A DNA stretch of 26,678 bases from Nitrospiraceae bacterium (lineage in GTDB: Bacteria > Nitrospirota > Nitrospiria > Nitrospirales > Nitrospiraceae): contig JBBIQV010000009.1 in NCBI GenBank assembly GCA_037442105.1, positions 62,001 to 88,678 of the forward strand, written 5' to 3'. Position numbers and translations under genes: made by a program. Positions within the stretch are counted from its first letter, which is position 1, and each line of letters begins with the position of its first letter. Under the pieces are notes generated by a model. It did no database searches. It was not told where the DNA came from and saw only the letters and a list, made by a program, of their open reading frames with translations. This document shows positions 8,734 through 16,857 of this stretch, in pieces.

Positions 8734-8907
8734 GACGTCCTCTTCAGAGGGCCGAGCCTTCGTAGCATCACCCGCGGTCGCCGTCAAGAGTGTTGGGTGA
8801 TGCGCCAGACTCTAAAGTTTTTCAGCGGTACAGCCGACACAAGATACCTGGGTGCATCTGTTTCTCAAGGCAGAATGGTATGTACTAACCAGCACCAAGG
8901 AGGAAAT

Positions 8908-9066
8908 ATGGACATGCTTCGGCTTCTCTCACTCGTTGCTGTGCTCGGGATAGCCCTGGCCGTCGCGGGGTGTCCCGACAGCTCGACGACACCGAGTTCG
9001 ACGTCGTCAGGTTCAGTGTCCGGGATTACAGTGCCATCCCAGGTGAATGTCGTGACGGCGAATTAA
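8908..9066 (+). CDS. Small lipoprotein (52 aa)
   Basis: Strong SD AAGGAGG; signal peptide with lipobox VAG-C22; Ser/Thr linker; ends GITVPSQVNVVTAN. Confidence 0.7.
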   Translation: MDMLRLLSLVAVLGIALAVAGCPDSSTTPSSTSSGSVSGITVPSQVNVVTAN

Positions 9067-9110
9067 GATCGGCGAATGAATATCAACGATCAAGAACGTG
9101 GAGGATCGAG

Positions 9111-11333
9111 ATGAAACGAGTTGACCGACTTTGGGGCATCTGTCTCGCTATGTCAACACTGCTGGTCCCTTGGAATCATGTGTTCGCTGCTCCCTCTACA
9201 GGAGCCTACGTCACCGACGTTCAAAACGAATTTGTTCAAGATCAAGTGCTTGATCGGGTCTCGACGGTGAACATGATCTTGTGCTTCATGGGAAACCTGC
9301 GCGCCGATGCCAAAGTCAACGCCGGCTCCTATTTAGCCTTGGTTGATGAATCGCAGTGCAATGGACGAGGAGCTGCGGATACGGGGGGCAGCGGCGGCGC
9401 ATCAGCCGCAGTCAATTACGCCAGAGCGATCGTTCAATCGACGAGGGCCTCGAACACCGACCCCATGATCGTGAAAGCCTGGGTACGGCCGGCCGGCAAC
9501 GAGCTGATTTATACCTACACAACCGTCACCTCGGCTCCCAGCTCGACCAATCCGAACGGCGTGTTCACCATGAATTTTTGCGGCGTGTCCGCTGCGTCGA
9601 GTACTCCGCTGACAGACCCTTGCCAATTTGCGGGGACCTTGGCGTCCAAGGGCACGGCCATGACCTTTTACGAAGCGGGCAATTTTGGCGGACCTTCTAC
9701 CACGGCCTTGACATTGAACCAAAGCGGCAGCACATCGGGATCAGGGCGGCTCGCCGGGACGGGCGGGATGGCTTTCGATCAGGTGTTTGCCTATGACACG
9801 AATTATTTTTACAGAGGCAATACCGACGGTTCCTCTCTTGTCTGTTTCAGCCGGGACGATGCTCAAGCCGGCTACTCGACCTGGCGGTATGGCCTCTACA
9901 ACGATAACGGGAGCCGGTATGAGCTTGCGAATCCCGGCTTCCCCGTGACCTATACGGCGAATAACGGCACGATGCATTACGGCTATGCCGGGTTTTGGGG
10001 CGTGTACTTTCCAAATACGGTCATCGCGGAACTGACGACCGGCTCGATCCTGACCAAGCGAGATCCGGCCACCAATACCTCGACGCCTTACACCGTGACC
10101 AAGGCGGGCGGCAAGCTGTTCCGCCTGACAAGACAGGCCTCAACCTTGGGCGCGGCTCAGGGGCAAGCGATGCGGGTCTTTATGACAAGTGGAGAGAGGG
10201 AAATACAGTGGAACGGCTCGAACTTGATCATCACCCGCACGTTTTCCGGAGGCTCATCGACGGAATGTACGTCGTCTTGCACCCTGTCCGCCGCCACACT
10301 CTACGGAAGCGGGACGAGAGTGTTGTTCGGTTTTTCGGAAAGCTTGGGAGGCGACATCGCGGTGCCGGTGCCTTCGTCAGGAGACTTTTCGAGCGGTACG
10401 ACGCTGTACTATCGGACCCGAACAGTAGTGGCGCCGTCCGAGCAGCCCTCATCCTTGAAATGTATTTCTCGGTGTCCCAAAGGTAGTCTCGTGGCAGGGA
10501 ACTTCAGCGGCGGATCGCCGTATGAGACGGGAGCCACGGCGAATAATTTTGGAGCGCCCGTGGCGAAAGCCAGCGCCGTGTCCTATAGCTTTTCCGGCGG
10601 GGTCATGGTCAACGACAGCGGAACGACCGGAAACGTGGATGCCAGCGGTCTCTCCCTTTCTGGGGAGTACCAATATGGATTCCATTCCGGACGGTTGGTG
10701 GCGCCTAGCGATGCTACGTCCTATGGCCAAGCCTCTTGTAATAGCGACGGAAGCCCGAATGCCTCGGGCTCCTTTTTGTGTCCCTGGCTGGTGGATGCCG
10801 CGGACGTGACCTACGAATGGGAGACCGGCCCCAATCCGTGGAATCAGTATCTTGGGTTGAGTGCCGGTGGGGCTTCCGTCACGTTCGATCCCCCGGCGAT
10901 GATTCCCTTCCAGCCGACGACGGCCAATACAACCGGATTGTCGTCGGGAAGCCCTATGATCGGGAGCACGATCCAACTCCAGTACGCGGGGTTCGGGGAA
11001 CTGCAAGGGATTCCCGGCGCCTGCGTCAACCCGGCGACCAACGAGACCGTCAATTGCGGGACCAACCTCGGCGGCGGGATGCAGGTTCGGTTCGTGCCTT
11101 CGTTCAGTATCAGGGATGCGACATCGGTAACGGTCAGCGCGACGACCAAGTGGATCAAGTATCTGGAGCGTGAGCTGCGGCTGGCCCAAGTCGCTTCGTC
11201 CAATTGTTCGGGGCTGACGCTGCCGACCACGGCCACGCTGCCGACCTCGAACACCGATCCCCGCTCATCGACAGGAGCGGAACCGAGTCTCTCAACCTCG
11301 ATCCCGGCCGTGATTCATGGGGTCGTTCAGTAA
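9111..11333 (+). CDS. Large secreted Ser/Thr/Gly- and Cys-rich beta-type protein of unknown function (740 aa)
   Basis: SD GGAGG before ATG 9111; Sec signal peptide ending HVFA/AP; many Cys; no CXXCH; C-terminus PAVIHGVVQ. Confidence 0.8.
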   Translation: MKRVDRLWGICLAMSTLLVPWNHVFAAPSTGAYVTDVQNEFVQDQVLDRVSTVNMILCFMGNLRADAKVNAGSYLALVDESQCNGRGAADTGGSGGASAAVNYARAIVQSTRASNTDPMIVKAWVRPAGNELIYTYTTVTSAPSSTNPNGVFTMNFCGVSAASSTPLTDPCQFAGTLASKGTAMTFYEAGNFGGPSTTALTLNQSGSTSGSGRLAGTGGMAFDQVFAYDTNYFYRGNTDGSSLVCFSRDDAQAGYSTWRYGLYNDNGSRYELANPGFPVTYTANNGTMHYGYAGFWGVYFPNTVIAELTTGSILTKRDPATNTSTPYTVTKAGGKLFRLTRQASTLGAAQGQAMRVFMTSGEREIQWNGSNLIITRTFSGGSSTECTSSCTLSAATLYGSGTRVLFGFSESLGGDIAVPVPSSGDFSSGTTLYYRTRTVVAPSEQPSSLKCISRCPKGSLVAGNFSGGSPYETGATANNFGAPVAKASAVSYSFSGGVMVNDSGTTGNVDASGLSLSGEYQYGFHSGRLVAPSDATSYGQASCNSDGSPNASGSFLCPWLVDAADVTYEWETGPNPWNQYLGLSAGGASVTFDPPAMIPFQPTTANTTGLSSGSPMIGSTIQLQYAGFGELQGIPGACVNPATNETVNCGTNLGGGMQVRFVPSFSIRDATSVTVSATTKWIKYLERELRLAQVASSNCSGLTLPTTATLPTSNTDPRSSTGAEPSLSTSIPAVIHGVVQ

Positions 11334-11401
11334 GTAGGTAGAAGCCCGTGGAGGATGTGTTGAGCAACGGCACCGAAAGGTGCCGTTGTCGTTTATCGGA
11401 T

Positions 11402-12130
11402 ATGAAGCTGGACGTCACCGCTATTCTGCTCAGCTTCTTGATCCATGCGTTCGTCGTCGGAGGGGCACTGAAGTATGTCGAGCACTTGAAACAAACTTTC
11501 CCTGCCCCCGCGGTTTCAGGCTCCGGTCGTTTCATGGTCGATATCGTCCGCCAGGGGACGAACGGGCGAATATCCGTCTCCTCAAGAACTCGGGCGTCTA
11601 GAAGAGCTGTCACGCGACCTGTCAAGGCGAGCCCTCCAGCATTGCCGGCAGATCGGTCCCTCCCTGTAGCGTCAGCCGCTCCCACGATCAAAACCGAGCA
11701 GCCCCAAGGCGATGCGCTCCAACAAGTAGAAGGGCTCGCGTTATCTCATTCCACCGGCCTCGATGTTCCCGGCCGCCGCAGGCCCTTTGCCCAGCCGAGT
11801 TTGGGACCGGTCGATAACCAATCGCCGACGGAAGAGCAGCATCGCTGGGAGCTGGATCACCGACTTGCGCAACAAGTCTTGCAGCGTCAGGAGCTTCTCT
11901 ATCAATACCTTGGTCAGTGGATGGCTCAACTCAGACCGGCTGTGAGCCACGTGGCGGATTTCGTGTGCCAGGTCGGACCCGAGATCACATGCGAGCCGAC
12001 ATTGCCGCCGGAGGTCCAGGCGCTGGTCGAGCAAGGCGTCGCGCAGATTCAAGCAATCAACCCGGCCACCGGACCCTATCGATTGGTCAAGAAGAACGGC
12101 GCGCTCACCCTCGATCAAGTCACCTCATAA
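11402..12130 (+). CDS. Hypothetical bitopic membrane protein with TonB/TolA-like N-terminal anchor
   Basis: N-terminal TM with SxxxH (SFLIH), Pro/Ala/Ser/Arg-rich linker and a small C-terminal domain. Start could be 11348 or 11402. Confidence 0.6.
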   Translation: MKLDVTAILLSFLIHAFVVGGALKYVEHLKQTFPAPAVSGSGRFMVDIVRQGTNGRISVSSRTRASRRAVTRPVKASPPALPADRSLPVASAAPTIKTEQPQGDALQQVEGLALSHSTGLDVPGRRRPFAQPSLGPVDNQSPTEEQHRWELDHRLAQQVLQRQELLYQYLGQWMAQLRPAVSHVADFVCQVGPEITCEPTLPPEVQALVEQGVAQIQAINPATGPYRLVKKNGALTLDQVTS

Positions 12131-12179
12131 CGCTACCCTCCCGCTCACCGCATTATCCATGAACGCTTCTGCTGTGATC

Positions 12180-12208
12180 GCCTGCCTGTGCCTCGCACGC
12201 AGGCAGGC
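12180..12208. repeat. Short GC-rich palindrome (REP-like)
   Basis: gcctgcctg (12180-12188) is the exact reverse complement of caggcaggc (12200-12208). Confidence 0.6.
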
Positions 12209-12209
12209 C

Positions 12210-12362
12210 AAGGAGCGAATACCTGGTAGCGAACAGCCCATAGCAATGAAGCGAACAGCAAATAGAGAGCAGCGAGTAGCTCGGAAGTCCGAGCTGCTAC
12301 CTGCCGGCTATTCGCCCTTTGCTATCAGCTATTCGCTGTTTGCTATGGGCTGTGAGCTATGC
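12210..12362. repeat. Large inverted heptamer array (10+10 units, nnnTAGC / GCTAnnn)
   Basis: Ten left units, most ending AGC; self-complementary centre tcggaagtccga; ten right units, most starting GCT. Confidence 0.88.
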
Positions 12363-12419
12363 GGTTTGCGCTGTGTGCGGCAGGCGTATACAATCATCAG
12401 CGGTTGCAGAGGCACTTTC

Positions 12420-13712
12420 ATGGCGACGCGTCACGACAGCGTTCCTGATCTTTTCGCTTCTCCCGAAGGAGTGGAGGCGGTCGAGGCTCCTCTGGCCGAA
12501 CGGATGCGGCCGAACGAGTTTGCGGACTTGGTCGGGCAGGATGACATTGTTGCGCCTGGATGTCCGTTGCGCCGCGCGATCGAGGCCGACCAGCTCTCCT
12601 CCGTTATTTTCTGGGGGCCTCCGGGATCCGGCAAAACCACGCTGGCCTATCTCATCGCGCGCCACACGAAGGCGCAGTTCGTGCCGTTCTCGGCGGTGAC
12701 GAGCGGCGTTCCTGAGTTGCGCGCCATCATCAAAGCGGCGGAACAGCGTCTGGCGATCCAGCGCCAGCGCACGATTCTCTTTGTCGATGAGATCCACCGG
12801 TTCAATAAAGCCCAGCAGGATGCCTTTCTGCCTCATGTCGAACGGGGCACAGTCATTCTGGTCGGCGCGACGACCGAGAATCCGTCCTTCGAAGTCATCA
12901 GCCCGCTGCTGTCGCGGTCCATGGTCATCGTGCTCAAGCCTCTGTCGGCCGAGGCGTTGGGGCACATTCTGGACCGAGCTCTCATGGACTCTGACGTTGG
13001 ACTGGGAAAATGGAAGGTTCGCCTTTCACTCGAAGCCCGGCAGCGGCTCATTGCATTCGGGAATGGCGATGCACGGGCGTTGCTGACGGTGCTGGATTTC
13101 GTGGTCAAGCAGACGCAGGCCGGGCCTGACGGAACACGCCTGATCGATGGTGCAAAGCTGGATGCCGCGCTGGTAAAGAAGGCTCTTCGGTACGATAAAG
13201 CGGGTGAAGAGCACTATAACCTCATCTCCGCCTACATTAAGAGCCTGCGCGATTCCGATCCGAATGGAGCCCTCTACTGGCTCGCCCGTATGCTCGAAGG
13301 AGGGGAAGCCCCGGAATTTATTGCCCGGCGCATGGTTATCTTTGCGTCTGAGGATGTCGGCAATGCCGATCCGCTGGCCCTCATGGTGGCCAATGCAGTA
13401 GCCCAGGCCGTGCAGTTCGTGGGGTTGCCGGAAGCGCAGATCAACCTGGCCCAGGGCACAACCTATCTGGCTTCTCGGCCCAAGGACAATGCGTCGTATG
13501 TCGGCTTATTGGAAGCATTGCAGGATGCGAGGTCTTTCGGCAACTTAGGCGTCCCAATGCACCTCCGCAATGCCGTGACGTCGTTGATGCGGGATCTTGG
13601 CTATGGGCAGGGCTATCGGTACGTTCACGACGACCTTTCGGCGCAGAATGAACAGAGTCACTTGCCGGATCAACTGAGGGACAGGCGCTATTACCGGCCT
13701 AAACGGCCCTGA
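12420..13712 (+). CDS. rarA: Replication-associated recombination protein A (MgsA/RarA AAA+ ATPase)
   Basis: PLAERMRP, Walker A GPPGSGKT, DEIHRFNKAQQD, GATTENP, SEDVGNADP, VPMHLRNA. Start set at ATG 12420 because the longer N-terminus translates the repeat. Confidence 0.93.
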   Translation: MATRHDSVPDLFASPEGVEAVEAPLAERMRPNEFADLVGQDDIVAPGCPLRRAIEADQLSSVIFWGPPGSGKTTLAYLIARHTKAQFVPFSAVTSGVPELRAIIKAAEQRLAIQRQRTILFVDEIHRFNKAQQDAFLPHVERGTVILVGATTENPSFEVISPLLSRSMVIVLKPLSAEALGHILDRALMDSDVGLGKWKVRLSLEARQRLIAFGNGDARALLTVLDFVVKQTQAGPDGTRLIDGAKLDAALVKKALRYDKAGEEHYNLISAYIKSLRDSDPNGALYWLARMLEGGEAPEFIARRMVIFASEDVGNADPLALMVANAVAQAVQFVGLPEAQINLAQGTTYLASRPKDNASYVGLLEALQDARSFGNLGVPMHLRNAVTSLMRDLGYGQGYRYVHDDLSAQNEQSHLPDQLRDRRYYRPKRP

Positions 13713-13733
13713 TCTGTGGGCCGAATTAGGGGG

Positions 13734-13761
13734 TAGACAAATCGGTCTAATTCGTTATACT
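13734..13761 (+). promoter_or_regulatory. Sigma70-type promoter for the PilZ-like gene
   Basis: TAGACA (13734-13739), 16 nt, TATACT (13756-13761); 7 nt before ATG 13769. Confidence 0.5.
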
Positions 13762-13768
13762 GAAACGT

Positions 13769-14161
13769 ATGCGACGCCAACCAAGACAGGGAAGCACTGG
13801 ATCGACTCTCGCCGTCAGCGAACGCCGTCGTTTTGTCCGCGCGACACTTGTCGGCTCGGCTCTGATTTCGCCAAGAAGCGGAGGTCGCGGCATTACGGCG
13901 GTCTTGGATAACGTGAATAAGATCGGGGCGGGGCTTCATACGAAGGAGCGGATGACGATCGGTGAAAAGGTGACGGTGTCCCTGGCGTTCCTCGATTCGG
14001 ATCACGTTGAACAGCAAGAGAAATTAGATGGCGCTGTGGCGTGGGTCAAACCCTGGGAGAAAGGGTTCCTGGTCGGAGTGGTCTGGGACGAGTTGGTGAC
14101 GAAAGAGAAGAACCGCTGGCTGTATTACTACCTCGAAGAAACTCTCAAGTCGACCGTTTAG
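13769..14161 (+). CDS. PilZ-domain protein
   Basis: ERRRFVR (RxxxR), degenerate D/NxSxxG (NVNKIG), GAVAWV...GVVW beta-barrel pattern. Confidence 0.7.
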   Translation: MRRQPRQGSTGSTLAVSERRRFVRATLVGSALISPRSGGRGITAVLDNVNKIGAGLHTKERMTIGEKVTVSLAFLDSDHVEQQEKLDGAVAWVKPWEKGFLVGVVWDELVTKEKNRWLYYYLEETLKSTV

Positions 14162-15999
14162 CTGAGCGCTTCCAGCTTCTGCCTGACTCCTTCAAGTTCT
14201 TGTGAGAGCGATTCCCATCGAGCCGTCAATCGCTCGAGCTCCCGCTTCCAATGGTTCTGTTCTTCATGCAATTCGTTCCAGCGGCCGAAGTCTTGGTACA
14301 GCACGGGATCGGCCAGATCTTGGTCTCGCGCGCGAATTCGTGTCTCCAGCTCCGCGATCTCACCCTCCGCGCGCGTCACCTGTTTTTCCAATCGGGCTTG
14401 GGTTTTTCCCCACTCCCGGCGATCACCGGCCGTTGATTTCGAGGGGACCTGTGACAGCATGGCTTTGGTGGGCGCAGCGGACTTGCCGGGCGACGGTTTG
14501 CCCAGTTCCTCGCTCTGCTCCTTGATCGACTCCAACTCCTGCGCTTTCTTCCACAGGTAGTATTCGTAATCGCCGAAGAAGTTGCGGGCTTGTCCCTCGT
14601 CGATTTCGACGACGCGGGTGGCGACTCGAGCCAGAAATGTCGGATCGTGCGAAATAAAGACGATCGTGCCCGGGAATTCCGTCAATGCATCTGTCAGCAC
14701 GTCGACCGAGGCGGGGTCGAGATGGTTCGTGGGCTCATCGAGGAGCAGCGTGTTCGCCGGCTCCACGAGCATCCGCGCCAGCGCCACGCGATTGCGTTCC
14801 CCGCCGCTTAAGGCCTTGATCGGCTTTTTTTGATCAGGACCGGAAAACAGGAACGCGCCTGCGATTCCACGCAAGAAATTCATTTCAGCCTGGTGGGAAA
14901 CTTCCGAGAGCGACTCGAGAATCGTGTGTTCGGGATTGAGGGTTTCCGCCTGGTGCTGGGCGAAGTAATGCAAGGTGACCCCGTGACCGACCGTCCTGGT
15001 GCCCTTCTCGAACGCCAGGACCCCGGCCAATATTTTCAGGAGCGTGCTTTTCCCGGCGCCGTTTTCCCCGACCAGCGCGACGCGCTGGCCACGCTCGACA
15101 GAAAAGTCCAGCGACTCATAGACCACCTTCTCGCCGTACCGCTTCGCGACCCCTTGCAACTCCAGCGCCTGTCGCCCGCTCGCGGCGGGGACAGGAAACT
15201 TGAACCGGACCCGCCGCGGATCGCGCCGGATCTCGATCAGTTTGACCTTTTCCAGTTGCTTGATGCGCGACTGGACCTGACTCGCTTTGTTCGCCTGGTA
15301 GCGGAACCGGTCGATGAACTTCTGGACGCGGGCCACCTCTTTGGCTTGGCGGTTCGCGGCGGCCTGCTGTTGGGCGTCCCGTTCCGCACGAAGCCGGCGG
15401 AACGTAGAATAGTTTCCCCGGTACTCTTGGATCGTGTGGTGTCGGATTTCCCAGATATGGGTGACGATGCGATCGAGAAAGCGTGTGTCATGGCTGATGA
15501 CCAGCAACGTCATGGGGGAATCCAACAGAAACTGCTCGAACCAGTGCTGCGTCGGCTTGTCCAGATGGTTCGTCGGCTCATCGAGGAGCAAGACATCCGG
15601 ATTCGACAGCAGTAGGTGGGCCAGCGCGACGCGCATCCGATACCCGCCTGACAAGGCTTCGATGGGGCGACCGAAATCGTGCTCGGCGAATCCGAGTCCG
15701 GAAAGGATTCGTTTCGCTTCGTGCTCGGGATACAGATCACGGTGAGTGGCATCGAGCACCGTTTTCCCCGTGATCGTGTCCAGTTCTTGAGGCAAGTATC
15801 CGATCCTGAGGCGAGGGCGCTTGCGAATGGCGCCGTCATCCGGCGACTCTTCGCCGAGGATCATGCGAAAGAGCGTGGTCTTCCCTGCGCCGTTCGGGCC
15901 GACCAGGCCCACGCGCGAATTCGGACGGAGGTGCGCCGTCGCATCCGCGAGGAGGATCTTCGTGGAGTATTGTTTACTGACCGCTTCGATTTGGAGCAT
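14158..15999 (-). CDS. ABC-F family ATP-binding protein (ribosome-associated, Uup/YheS-like)
   Basis: Two NBDs (GPNGAGKT / GENGAGKS, LSGG, LLLDEPTNHLD twice), helical inter-ABC linker, C-terminal coiled coil, no TM. Confidence 0.92.
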   Translation of the reverse strand: MLQIEAVSKQYSTKILLADATAHLRPNSRVGLVGPNGAGKTTLFRMILGEESPDDGAIRKRPRLRIGYLPQELDTITGKTVLDATHRDLYPEHEAKRILSGLGFAEHDFGRPIEALSGGYRMRVALAHLLLSNPDVLLLDEPTNHLDKPTQHWFEQFLLDSPMTLLVISHDTRFLDRIVTHIWEIRHHTIQEYRGNYSTFRRLRAERDAQQQAAANRQAKEVARVQKFIDRFRYQANKASQVQSRIKQLEKVKLIEIRRDPRRVRFKFPVPAASGRQALELQGVAKRYGEKVVYESLDFSVERGQRVALVGENGAGKSTLLKILAGVLAFEKGTRTVGHGVTLHYFAQHQAETLNPEHTILESLSEVSHQAEMNFLRGIAGAFLFSGPDQKKPIKALSGGERNRVALARMLVEPANTLLLDEPTNHLDPASVDVLTDALTEFPGTIVFISHDPTFLARVATRVVEIDEGQARNFFGDYEYYLWKKAQELESIKEQSEELGKPSPGKSAAPTKAMLSQVPSKSTAGDRREWGKTQARLEKQVTRAEGEIAELETRIRARDQDLADPVLYQDFGRWNELHEEQNHWKRELERLTARWESLSQELEGVRQKLEALS

Positions 16000-16098
16000 A
16001 ACAACGAATAGGACTAGAAGGGGATGAACGTGAGGTGTTTATCCGCCGCCTCAATGACAAGAAACCCTGAATAGGCGGCGGCACGCGCTAGCGAGGTT

Positions 16099-16174
16099 TG
16101 GTGGAGCTGGCCGGGATTGAACCGGCGACCTCGTGAATGCCATTCACGCGCGCTCCCAACTGCGCCACAGCCCC
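16099..16174 (-). tRNA. tRNA-Ala (GGC)
   Basis: Minus strand reads GGGGCTGTGGCGCAGTTGGGAGCGCGCGTGAATGGCATTCACGAGGTCGCCGGTTCAATCCCGGCCAGCTCCACCA; 76 nt, anticodon GGC, G3:U70, encoded CCA. Confidence 0.97.
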
Positions 16175-16183
16175 ACCCAAGAG

Positions 16184-16232
16184 ACAATTGTAAATTGTGA
16201 GTTGAAAATTTTGAATTCAAAATTGCAGACTT
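16184..16232. repeat. Tandem heptamer array (nnAATTG) in the tRNA-Ala leader
   Basis: acaattg-taaattg-tgagttg-aaaattt-tgaattc-aaaattg-cagactt. Confidence 0.7.
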
Positions 16233-16236
16233 GCGC

Positions 16237-16265
16237 ATGCTAACACGCGACCTGGGGGCAGTCAA
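16237..16265 (-). promoter_or_regulatory. Sigma70-type promoter for tRNA-Ala
   Basis: Minus strand TTGACT (16265-16260), 17 nt, TAGCAT (16242-16237). Confidence 0.7.
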
Positions 16266-16292
16266 GAAACTCTCGGCCACGAATAATGCGGG

Positions 16293-16673
16293 TTAAGTGC
16301 TTGAGAGCGAGCCGTTCGGCGGGGGCGCTAGGGCTTTCAGCTCACGGAAGCGTTTCAAGGATTGGCATTTCTGGCAGAAGGCCGAGTAAAAGGCCAATGC
16401 TAATTCATCCTCTCCGGCAATGAGGGCCTGAATAGCCTTTTCGTCGCGGTCTTTCTCCGATTCTGAAAAGTGGAGCAATTCTGCCAGAGTGATGTCAAAC
16501 GCTTCCGACAGCTTGGCAAGATTCAAGAGAGAGACGTTCCGTTCCCCTCGCTCGATCCCTCCGATATAGGTGGAATGAAGATTCGCCTGTTCGCCCAGTT
16601 TTTCCTGTGACCATTTTCGTCTGGTGCGTAGATCGCGGACCCTTCGTCCCAGTTTCGTGCGGATATTTTCCAT
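16293..16673 (-). CDS. XRE-family helix-turn-helix transcriptional regulator
   Basis: LGRRVRDLR...SQEKLG...HSTYIGGIERGERNVSLLNLAKLSEAF; C-terminal extension with CQKC; GGAGG upstream. Confidence 0.85.
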   Translation of the reverse strand: MENIRTKLGRRVRDLRTRRKWSQEKLGEQANLHSTYIGGIERGERNVSLLNLAKLSEAFDITLAELLHFSESEKDRDEKAIQALIAGEDELALAFYSAFCQKCQSLKRFRELKALAPPPNGSLSST

Positions 16674-16857
16674 GGAGTGTTTCTGCCTCCTCTCCTATGC
16701 GAGGAGAGTGCAATTATTACTCCGGTTTTTTTGTGTCACCCAGAAACGATGAGCACTGTTACAACAGACACAAAACAATATCACTATTCAAGAACATGAG
16801 GAAAGTGAGAATTATCCAGAGCGAGAGAAGACGGCGAATCGTCGAGCAGCGAACTCT

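Noticed and set aside
8970..9110. Upstream extension of the large secreted protein, or a frameshifted fusion with the lipoprotein
   Set aside because: ATG 9111 has its own SD and signal peptide, and the lipoprotein ends at a clean TAA in another frame.
9111..11333. Multiheme cytochrome
   Set aside because: Many Cys but no CXXCH motif.
12210..12362. Heptamer arrays as a CRISPR array
   Set aside because: Units are 7 nt and degenerate with no unique 25-45 nt spacers; no cas genes in the window.
12159..12419. 87-aa N-terminal extension of RarA in the ORF track
   Set aside because: It translates the palindrome and heptamer array; RarA similarity starts after ATG 12420.
16014..16280. 88-aa minus-strand ORF
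   Set aside because: It runs through tRNA-Ala, its promoter and the heptamer leader.
16293..16673. Restriction-modification controller locus
   Set aside because: The HTH resembles C proteins, but no methyltransferase or endonuclease is adjacent.
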